Positions 19,229-26,417 of a DNA stretch of 32,000 bases are shown in pieces; position 1 is the stretch's first letter, and each line of letters starts with the position of its first letter. A program made the translations under genes and the position numbers. Origin of the DNA: Bifidobacterium longum subsp. longum JCM 1217 (lineage in GTDB: Bacteria > Actinomycetota > Actinomycetes > Actinomycetales > Bifidobacteriaceae); the NCBI RefSeq assembly GCF_000196555.1, contig NC_015067.1, forward strand, positions 390,001 through 422,000, written 5' to 3'. The notes below the pieces were generated by a model. That model ran no database searches. It had not been told where the DNA came from and saw only the letters and a program-made list of their open reading frames with translations.

Positions 19229-19855
19229 CTATCCGAGTAAGGCCTTGCTCGGCAGTGCGCGGTCGAGCAGCCAGACAACGAGCGATATCACGAAGAACGC
19301 TATGGCCAGCTTGCCGCAGCTAATGCCGAACCCTTGCCAGTCGAGTGCGTCGAGGTTGATGAAGTCGTACGGATACGGACTGCCGCCGGCCGCCGGTCCG
19401 GACCCCGGCCAAATCGCCGCACGGGCCAGCACGAAGACCAAGTATGCAGGGAAGTACGCCAGCCACGAGAACATGTAATGCCAGCGGAAACGCCGGTGCG
19501 GGTCGAATAGCACGAAATCGATAACCGCCATAATCGGGGCGATTTTGTGCAGCATCGTATTGGTCATGATGCCAATAACCTGTGGCACGTATGCCGGGTC
19601 GTCCGGAGGCGTCAGGAAGAACGCCACCAGTGCGGTGACTATGGCGTACACAGTCAGGCACCCCTTAAGCCATGCAGGCGGCTGAATACCTTTGAGCAGT
19701 GTGGCCGCGCCGGACCACAGCATCACGATGCCCAGCACGAAACCGGTCTGGAACGTGAAATACACCCAGAACTGCGGTTTGGACCATGCCTCATATGTGC
19801 CCACGAAGCAGAAACCGGCGATCGCAAAGCGCCACAACGCCACGATGAATCTCAT
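19229..19855 (-). CDS. Integral membrane protein (Pr6Pr/FAR-17a-like, function unknown)
   Basis: 208 aa with about six hydrophobic helices. No catalytic motif recognised. Confidence 0.6.
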   Translation of the reverse strand: MRFIVALWRFAIAGFCFVGTYEAWSKPQFWVYFTFQTGFVLGIVMLWSGAATLLKGIQPPAWLKGCLTVYAIVTALVAFFLTPPDDPAYVPQVIGIMTNTMLHKIAPIMAVIDFVLFDPHRRFRWHYMFSWLAYFPAYLVFVLARAAIWPGSGPAAGGSPYPYDFINLDALDWQGFGISCGKLAIAFFVISLVVWLLDRALPSKALLG

Positions 19856-20085
19856 GCATCGAGTCTACCGCTTCGCCAGTGGGCCGTATGGTGCGGCTGG
19901 CGTATTGGCTGGTCGTGATGATTATGGTCGGTGTGACCGACCGCCATAGTGCCGATGAATATGACGATACTGAACCCGGCAATATCGAATCTGGCGATAC
20001 GAGAATAAGACGAGCCCTTCCCGCACGGCTTTGCCCGGACTACACTTAGGTGCAACTTCACCACTTATGTAGGAAAGGCCTTGCA

Positions 20086-21408
20086 ATGGTCGATTATTCG
20101 CCGGCTCTGATGACCGACATGTATGAATACACGATGCTCGACGCCGCTCTGAAAGACGGTACCGCCGACCGCAAGTGCGTGTTCGAGGTGTTCACGCGTC
20201 ACTTGCCCGAAGGCCGTCGCTATGGCGTGGTGGCCGGCACCGGCCGCATTCTGGATGCGCTGGAACATTTCCACTTGGATGAAGCGGATCTGAAGTTCCT
20301 GGCCGACCGTCACGTGGTAAGCCCCGAGACCATTAAGTGGCTGGAGAACTTCCACTTTTCCGGTACGATTCGCGGTTACCGCGAAGGTGAGATGTTCTTC
20401 CCGAACTCCCCGATTTTGCAGGTCGAAGGCACGTTCGGCGAATGCACGCTACTGGAGACGTTGATTCTATCCGTGCTGAACTACGATTCCGCAGTGGCCT
20501 CCGCCGCCTCACGTATGGCGTCGGCAGCCAAGGATCGTCCTTGCATGGATATGGGCGGACGCCGCACTAACGAGTGGGCCGCCGTGGCCGCCGCTCGAGC
20601 TGCCGTAGTGGGCGGATTCAAGGGTACCGCCAATCTGCTGGCCGCCCAGCTGTATGGTCTGAAGGCCATTGGCACCGCCGCGCATTGCTTCACGTTGGTG
20701 CATGATTCCGAGCGTGACGCCTTTGAATCACAGATCGAGGCATTGGGCAAGAACACCACGCTGCTGGTGGACACCTACAACATCGAGGAAGCCGTGAAAA
20801 CCGCCGTCGAAGTGGCCGGTCCCGAACTGGGTGGCGTGCGCATCGACTCCGGCGACTTGGCCGCCATGGCCCAGCGTGTGCGCAACCAGCTGGACGCCCT
20901 GGGTGCCACGAACACCACCATTACCGTGACCAACGATTTGGATGAGTACGCGCTCGCCGCATTGCAGACCGCGCCGGTCGACTCCTATGGCGTGGGCACC
21001 ATGCTGGTCACCGGCTCCGGCGCTCCCACTTGTGCGATGGTGTACAAGCTCACCGAGCGTGAAGGCGCTGACGGCACGATGGTTCCGGTCATGAAGAAGT
21101 CCAAGGATAAGGCCACAGTGCCCGGTCGCAAGTTGGCATTCCGCTCCTACGAATACGCGCTAGCCGAAGCCGAACACGTGATTTCCGGCTCGGAAGAGAA
21201 GCTGGCCGGTTTCACGCCCGAACCGACGTGGAAGAACCTGCTGGTCGATTTCGTGGACCACGGCCATATCGATGCGCAGTGGCAGGGCCATGACGCCATC
21301 ATGGCCGCCCACGACTACCACGCCAAGGCGTTGTCCGAACTGCCCATCACCGCGCAGAGCCTCATGAAGGGCGAGCCAGTGATTCCTACGGAGACTCAGG
21401 TTCTCTGA
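20086..21408 (+). CDS. pncB: Nicotinate phosphoribosyltransferase
   Basis: Start at MVDYSPALMTDMYEYTM (ATG 20086) with an AGGAAAGG RBS; the track start at 20050 is a GTG. NAPRTase-like throughout. Confidence 0.88.
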   Translation: MVDYSPALMTDMYEYTMLDAALKDGTADRKCVFEVFTRHLPEGRRYGVVAGTGRILDALEHFHLDEADLKFLADRHVVSPETIKWLENFHFSGTIRGYREGEMFFPNSPILQVEGTFGECTLLETLILSVLNYDSAVASAASRMASAAKDRPCMDMGGRRTNEWAAVAAARAAVVGGFKGTANLLAAQLYGLKAIGTAAHCFTLVHDSERDAFESQIEALGKNTTLLVDTYNIEEAVKTAVEVAGPELGGVRIDSGDLAAMAQRVRNQLDALGATNTTITVTNDLDEYALAALQTAPVDSYGVGTMLVTGSGAPTCAMVYKLTEREGADGTMVPVMKKSKDKATVPGRKLAFRSYEYALAEAEHVISGSEEKLAGFTPEPTWKNLLVDFVDHGHIDAQWQGHDAIMAAHDYHAKALSELPITAQSLMKGEPVIPTETQVL

Positions 21409-21464
21409 CGAGAACTTTCGTCTCCATAGGAATCCGTCGCAGCATAGCTGCTCCCCTTACCTAC

Positions 21465-21485
21465 GGACAGCCCACTGGGCTGTCC
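21465..21485 (+). terminator. Hairpin downstream of pncB
   Basis: GGACAGCCC-ACT-GGGCTGTCC, a 9-bp stem 57 nt after the stop. No U-tract. Confidence 0.35.
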
Positions 21486-21690
21486 GCTTAACGGTTCGAC
21501 CACAGAGACCAAAGTCCTCTGACCGTATCTCACTGGCCGCATCCCTCTGGTTACATTGGCTACTCTTCCCTCTGGATGAGTGAAACTCTCAATGGTGATA
21601 ACGCGGCGGGCAACGATGACGTATCAGAGCGGCGCGATGTAGTTCGATGATGGTTGACGAGTTGCTATCCAGGCATAGAGCGGATGGCGT

Positions 21691-22467
21691 ATGCTGGGGC
21701 GCATGGTTGAAATCAAAGACATGCTTGGCAATCACCAAATAATTCGTGCCGACGGCCGCAAGGTCGACGAACTGCGCCCTGTGCGCATCACCCGCCACTT
21801 CACCGACGCCCCCGAAGGCTCCGTGCTCATCGAATGCGGTAACACGCGCGTGATGTGCACCGCCACTTTTACTCCCGGTGTGCCGCGTTGGCGCAAGGAC
21901 TCCGGCCTCGGCTGGGTCACCGCCGAATACTCGATGCTGCCGCGTGCCACCGCCGAACGCACCGACCGTGAATCCGTACGTGGCAAAATCGGTGGCCGTA
22001 CCCACGAAATCAGCCGACTGATTGGCCGCTGCCTGCGTGGCGTCATCGATATGAAGGCGCTCGGCGAGAATCAGATTCAGCTTGACTGCGATGTGCTTCA
22101 GGCCGATGGTGGTACTCGCACGGCTTCCGTAACCGGTGCGTACGTGGCTTTGGTCGACGCAGTCAATTGGGCGGAGAAGCACCGCCATATCAAGTCCGCC
22201 AGCCGCGTGCTTAAGGACTATGTGTCCGCCGTATCGGTGGGCGTGATCAACGGCACTCCGATGCTTGACCTGCCATACATTGAAGACAGTCAGGCCATGA
22301 CCGACATGAACGTGGCCATGACCGGTTCCGGCACCTTCATCGAGATTCAGGGCACCGCAGAACACCGTCCGTTCAACCGTGCCGAACTCGGCACCCTGCT
22401 TGACTTGGCCGAAAAGGGCAACAAGGAACTGCAAGCCGCCCAGCGTGCCGCTCTGTCCCTAGACTAA
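21691..22467 (+). CDS. rph: Ribonuclease PH
   Basis: [40 protein letters not shown] aligns with the RNase PH N-terminus. Start ambiguous: 21691, 21703 or 21721. Confidence 0.9.
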   Translation: MLGRMVEIKDMLGNHQIIRADGRKVDELRPVRITRHFTDAPEGSVLIECGNTRVMCTATFTPGVPRWRKDSGLGWVTAEYSMLPRATAERTDRESVRGKIGGRTHEISRLIGRCLRGVIDMKALGENQIQLDCDVLQADGGTRTASVTGAYVALVDAVNWAEKHRHIKSASRVLKDYVSAVSVGVINGTPMLDLPYIEDSQAMTDMNVAMTGSGTFIEIQGTAEHRPFNRAELGTLLDLAEKGNKELQAAQRAALSLD

Positions 22468-22471
22468 GCCA

Positions 22472-22491
22472 GCTCCCCTGACAAGGGGAGC
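22472..22491. repeat. Palindromic hairpin element (copy 3, variant) between rph and rdgB
   Basis: GCTCCCCT-GACA-AGGGGAGC begins 5 nt after the rph stop and ends 20 nt before the rdgB ATG. Confidence 0.55.
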
Positions 22492-22510
22492 CTTCTTAAA
22501 GGAGAACCTC

Positions 22511-23269
22511 ATGCAAATCGTCGTCGCAACCCATAACGAAGGCAAGCTTGTGGAAATCCGCCGCATTCTCGAAGAGGATCTTGGCGCGGATGCCGAAAAC
22601 ATCGAACTGGTGTCCGCTGGCAGCCTTCACCTGCCGGATCCGGTGGAAACTGGCGTCACCTTCCAGGAGAACGCGCTACTCAAGGCCCGCGCTGTGGCCA
22701 TCCGTACCGGTCTGCCCGCTGTCGCGGATGATTCAGGTCTCATCGTCGATGTGATGGGTAACGCTCCGGGCATTCTGTCTGCTCGCTGGGCGGGTGCTCA
22801 CGGCCACGACAAGGCCAATAATGCGCTGCTGCTCGCCCAAATCGAAGATATTCCGGATGACAAGCGTACCGCGCGCTTCCGTTGCGCCGCCGCGCTGGTG
22901 GTCCCGGACACCGAGACCGGTGCCGACGTGACCGGTGGAGTGGCTGCCGACGGCATCACCGTTCACACCACGGCTGCCGATGGGAGCCCTGCCCCGGTGC
23001 ATGCTCGATACGCCATCAAGTCGGAGACAGTGGAGCTCGGCGACATGCCGGGTCGCATCATCCGCGAGGCTCGTGGCGTACACGGTTTCGGTTACGATCC
23101 GCTGTTTGTCCCGGACGATCAGCCTGCCGGTCGCGTCAGCACTGAGCCTGACCATGAAGGCGAGCCGCTGACCAGCGCCGAGATGACTCCGGCCGAGAAG
23201 AATGCGATTTCCCACCGAGGCAAGGCGCTGAAAGCCTTGGTCCCCGCCATCGAGGCCCTGCTGCACTAA
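22511..23269 (+). CDS. rdgB: dITP/XTP pyrophosphatase (RdgB/HAM1 family)
   Basis: MQIVVATHNEGKLVEIRRIL, FGYDPLF and EKNAISHRGKAL motifs. rph-rdgB synteny. AAAGGAG RBS. Confidence 0.88.
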   Translation: MQIVVATHNEGKLVEIRRILEEDLGADAENIELVSAGSLHLPDPVETGVTFQENALLKARAVAIRTGLPAVADDSGLIVDVMGNAPGILSARWAGAHGHDKANNALLLAQIEDIPDDKRTARFRCAAALVVPDTETGADVTGGVAADGITVHTTAADGSPAPVHARYAIKSETVELGDMPGRIIREARGVHGFGYDPLFVPDDQPAGRVSTEPDHEGEPLTSAEMTPAEKNAISHRGKALKALVPAIEALLH

Positions 23270-23292
23270 GTCGTCTAGGCTGTCTAGCTGCA

Positions 23293-23330
23293 CTGAGCCG
23301 CGACTAAGCCACAGTTGAGTCGCGGCTCAG
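23293..23330 (+). terminator. Hairpin downstream of rdgB
   Basis: 13-bp stem CTGAGCCGCGACT / AGTCGCGGCTCAG with a 12-nt loop. Confidence 0.5.
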
Positions 23331-23393
23331 CACTCAGCCCCCGAATCGGGCGAGTGTCTAGCAAGCGCCTATGACCTAGCAAGGGCGATACGA

Positions 23394-23426
23394 AAGAAGG
23401 CCGGCGCTTAGTGCGTCGGCCTTCTT
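23394..23426. terminator. Hairpin terminator 3' of the non-canonical tRNA (also faces rdgB)
   Basis: 10-bp stem AAGAAGGCCG / CGGCCTTCTT. On the minus strand it starts 11 nt after the tRNA 3' end and is followed by TCTTTCG. Confidence 0.5.
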
Positions 23427-23436
23427 GATGAACAAG

Positions 23437-23509
23437 AGCCACCCGATAGAATCGAACTACCGACCTTCCCACGAACGAGGGGGATGCTCTACCACTGAGC
23501 TAAGGTGGC
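23437..23509 (-). tRNA. tRNA-Thr(CGU)-like gene with an 8-nt anticodon loop (non-canonical)
   Basis: Minus strand reads GCCACCT TA GCTC AGTGGTA GAGC A TCCCC CTCGTTCG TGGGA AGGTC GGTAG TTCGATT CTATC GGGTGGC T. The acceptor, D and T arms are good and CGT sits at positions 34-36. The loop has one extra nucleotide, position 37 is not a purine, and 31-39 is a C.U mismatch. No encoded CCA. Confidence 0.65.
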
Positions 23510-23532
23510 GTGGCTTCAAGAGCCAAGTAGAG

Positions 23533-23561
23533 AATATAGCACTGCGTTTGATTCACTGCAA
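23533..23561 (-). promoter_or_regulatory. Sigma-70-like promoter for the non-canonical tRNA
   Basis: Minus strand reads TTGCAG - 17 nt - TATATT. The -10 ends 23 nt upstream of the mature tRNA 5' end. A small leader hairpin, TGGCT-TCAAG-AGCCA, lies at 23511..23525. Confidence 0.55.
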
Positions 23562-23715
23562 GCCGGACATTCATCATCTTTGGGCCATTGTTCTTTGGAC
23601 CATCGTGGCGGCAATAGTGCGAACGATGTGCACACCTCATCTGCTCGGCCGCCATTCGTCGTGTGCGCGCTATGCTAGCATGGTGAGCCTGATTGACTCG
23701 GAGGCAAAGGGAAGC

Positions 23716-24984
23716 ATGCGTGATTTTGTGCTGGTGAAGTTGACAGACGAGGAGTTCGATGATTTCTCCGCCAGGCATCCACAAGGCAATTTCCAACAAA
23801 CCTCGGCGATGGGACGCCTTCGCGCCGCGCAGGGGATCGACGTCGAATATTTGGCCCTCAAGGAGGGCGAGAAGATCGTCGCGGCGGCACTGTTCGAAAC
23901 TCACCGCTCTCGATTCTCTACATTTGCGGTCATCCATGATGGCCCGATGTGCGACTATCACGACACCGAAGCATTGACCTTCTTCATGGATGCGCTGAAA
24001 CGCCATGCCAAGGCAAAGGGTGCTTCACAGCTGGAAATCACCCCTGAATCCCCGTATCGGCTTCGCGACACCAATGGAGCTTCTTTGCCGGATGACCAGA
24101 ATGGCGCTCCCGACAATAAGCTGATAGAACAGCTCGAGGCGATCGGCTTCACTCATGGCGGTTTCACCGTGGGCTACACGGCGGTTCCGCGTTGGCGCTA
24201 CCTCAAGGATCTGACCGGCATTACCGATGAGAAAAGTCTGCTGAAGTCCTATGACAAGCGCACCCAGTGGAGCGTGAAGCGTGCCCAATCGATGGGTGTG
24301 CACGTGCGTGAGCTGTCGGACGACGAGCTGGGGGTATTCGCACGAATCGAGCAGCAAACCGCTGAACGCCGTAGCTTCGAATACCGTGGCGAAGCATATT
24401 TCCACCGTTTCAAGGAAGCGTTCGGCAGCAAAGCGCATTTTATGGTTGCCGAGATCCACATCGACGAATACGTAGCGGACATGACGTCCAAGCGTGAAGC
24501 GCTTTCGGCCAAGGTGGCGGCATTGACCGCCAAAAACGCCGAACACCCCACCACCAAAACCGAACGTCAGCTGGGGGAGGAGACCCGCAATCTGGCGGCA
24601 GCCGAAAAGCGCCTGAACGAGGCGGCCGAGTTCGCCAAAGACGGGGATGTACTGCCGGCTGCGGCATCACTATTCGTGGAGCATCCGCGCGAGGTCATCT
24701 ACCTGTTCTCCGGTAGCGTCGAGCAGTACAAGCCCTTCTACGCCTCCGCGCTGATTCAGCATGACGCGATGCTGCATTTCTGCGTGGAACACGGGCTGTC
24801 TCGCTACAACTTCTACGGCATCGACGGCGTCTTTGATGATCCCGATGACGAGGGGCGTGGTGTACTGGAGTTCAAGCAGGGCTTCAACGGATATGTCGAG
24901 GAACTTCCGGGCGAGTTCGTGCTGCCGGTCAAACCGGTCGCCTATGCCATGAAGCAATTTGCGCACAAGCTGCTGTCGCGGTAA
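23716..24984 (+). CDS. FemXAB-family aminoacyl-tRNA-dependent peptidoglycan cross-bridge transferase, paralog 1
   Basis: Start at MRDFVLVKLTDEEF (ATG 23716) with an AAGGGAAG RBS; the track ORF start at 23425 runs through the tRNA. Two GNAT-like halves are separated by a helical coiled-coil arm (EYVADMTSKREALSAKVAALTAK..). C-terminal RYNFYGI.G and LEFKQGFNG. Confidence 0.85.
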   Translation: MRDFVLVKLTDEEFDDFSARHPQGNFQQTSAMGRLRAAQGIDVEYLALKEGEKIVAAALFETHRSRFSTFAVIHDGPMCDYHDTEALTFFMDALKRHAKAKGASQLEITPESPYRLRDTNGASLPDDQNGAPDNKLIEQLEAIGFTHGGFTVGYTAVPRWRYLKDLTGITDEKSLLKSYDKRTQWSVKRAQSMGVHVRELSDDELGVFARIEQQTAERRSFEYRGEAYFHRFKEAFGSKAHFMVAEIHIDEYVADMTSKREALSAKVAALTAKNAEHPTTKTERQLGEETRNLAAAEKRLNEAAEFAKDGDVLPAAASLFVEHPREVIYLFSGSVEQYKPFYASALIQHDAMLHFCVEHGLSRYNFYGIDGVFDDPDDEGRGVLEFKQGFNGYVEELPGEFVLPVKPVAYAMKQFAHKLLSR

Positions 24985-25015
24985 ACGGACGCAGCACACA
25001 GGCCATTCCAGAGCC

Positions 25016-25039
25016 CAGAGTAACGATCAGAGTAACGAC
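25016..25039. repeat. 12-bp tandem duplication CAGAGTAACGAT / CAGAGTAACGAC in the fem1-fem2 spacer
   Basis: Two adjacent units just upstream of the fem2 RBS (AGAAGG). They share a GTAACG core with the 9-nt repeat at 15457..15517 when each is read on its coding strand. Confidence 0.7.
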
Positions 25040-25057
25040 AAGTAAGAAGGTTCGATT

Positions 25058-26368
25058 ATGACGCAATCCGATGCAGGCGTCGCCTCGCTCACCCCTACCA
25101 AGATCACTCCTGCCGAGCTGGATGCGTTCTCCGCAGCTCAAGTGCAAGGTAGTTTCCAGCAGACCTCGCAGATGGCCGCCATGGGTGCGTTCAACGGTCC
25201 GGTGGACTATGTGGGTGTCAAGCGCGGTGACAAGCTGATTGCCGCCTGCTACGTGGTGTACACGCGGTCCCGTTTCGGTTTGGAAGGCTCGGTCTGGTGC
25301 GGACCGCTGTGCGATTATGACAATCCACAGGTGGTTGAGGCGATGACCGAAGCCCTGCGTCGTTCGGCCAAGGCCCATCACGCCATCAGCGTATCCTGCT
25401 GGCCGGCCGCAGTCTACCGTCTGCATGATCTGGACGGCAAGCCGACCAGCGACCCGGACACCACGATGATGGACAACATGGCCCGCTTCGGTTGGAAACA
25501 TGGCGGTTTCACCGTGGGCTACGAATCCGTGGTGAACCGCTGGAACTTCGTCAAGGGGCTTGACGGCATTCATAATGAGAAGGAACTGCTGGCCTCGTTC
25601 TCCAAGTACCGCCGTAAGAACATCCGCATTGCCCAGGATTCCGGTCTGCGCGTGCGCCGACTGGAACGCGGCGAACTGAGCACTTTCGTCAAGCTGTGCG
25701 ATATGAGCGCCGCACGTCAAGGCTTCAAGAGCCGCGATCTGGCCTACTATGAGCGTCTGTTCGATACCTTCGGCGACCTGATCGAGTTCAAGGTGGTCGA
25801 AACCCATTTCGACGAATATCTGGACACCCTGCAATCCAAGCTGAATGCGGCCTCCAAAGACAAGCGCAACCTCGAACGCCTGCTCCAGCGCACGCAACAG
25901 CAGCCGGAAGGCACGGCCAAGAAGGGTGCTTCCGACCCGGCAACGCTGGAAAAGCGCATCGCCACCGCAGACAAGAAGATTGCGGCGCTGGAAAAGACCA
26001 TCGGCGAAGTCAATGGCATCATCGCTTCGGACGGCCCGGTCATTCCGGTGGAAGCCGGCGTCTACTTCTGGCATCCGAACGAGGTCGTCTGCCTGTCCAG
26101 CGGCGAGGACGATCGTTTCATGGATTACTACCCGTCTTCCCTAATCCACTTCGAGGCGATGCTTGACTGCATCGCCCGTGGCGTGGAGCGCTTCAACTTC
26201 TACGGCATTTCCGGTATTTTCGACGCCAACGATCCTTCCTACGGCGTCTGGCAGTTCAAGACTCGCTTCGGCGGATTCGTGGAAGAGCTTCCGGGCAAGT
26301 TCACGCTGCCGGTGGACGGACTGCGCTTCGGTGTATCCGAAGCAGCGCACAAGCTGCTGCATCGCTGA
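25058..26368 (+). CDS. FemXAB-family peptidoglycan cross-bridge transferase, paralog 2
   Basis: 436 aa, same architecture as paralog 1, with a divergent coiled-coil arm (LDTLQSKLNAASKDKRNLERLLQ..) and C-terminal RFNFYGISG and WQFKTRFGG. Confidence 0.85.
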   Translation: MTQSDAGVASLTPTKITPAELDAFSAAQVQGSFQQTSQMAAMGAFNGPVDYVGVKRGDKLIAACYVVYTRSRFGLEGSVWCGPLCDYDNPQVVEAMTEALRRSAKAHHAISVSCWPAAVYRLHDLDGKPTSDPDTTMMDNMARFGWKHGGFTVGYESVVNRWNFVKGLDGIHNEKELLASFSKYRRKNIRIAQDSGLRVRRLERGELSTFVKLCDMSAARQGFKSRDLAYYERLFDTFGDLIEFKVVETHFDEYLDTLQSKLNAASKDKRNLERLLQRTQQQPEGTAKKGASDPATLEKRIATADKKIAALEKTIGEVNGIIASDGPVIPVEAGVYFWHPNEVVCLSSGEDDRFMDYYPSSLIHFEAMLDCIARGVERFNFYGISGIFDANDPSYGVWQFKTRFGGFVEELPGKFTLPVDGLRFGVSEAAHKLLHR

Positions 26369-26417
26369 CAAACAGTGGCGAGCACGGACACAGAAATAAG
26401 GCACAGGTGACGACGAG

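Noticed and set aside
23425-23715. N-terminal 97-aa extension of the fem1 ORF as given in the track
   Set aside because: The extension reads straight through the antisense of a tRNA gene and its promoter. The other two paralogs align from MRDFVLVKL onward, and a good RBS precedes the ATG at 23716.
24929-26074. 381-aa ORF antisense to fem paralog 2. Similar antisense or off-frame ORFs occur at 29392..30276, 30298..31281, 17397..18329, 11487..12626, 5716..6558, 2955..3854, 965..1789, 21589..22434 and 15390..16403.
   Set aside because: All are shadow ORFs of well-supported genes, with Arg/Gly/Ala/His-rich composition and no motifs.
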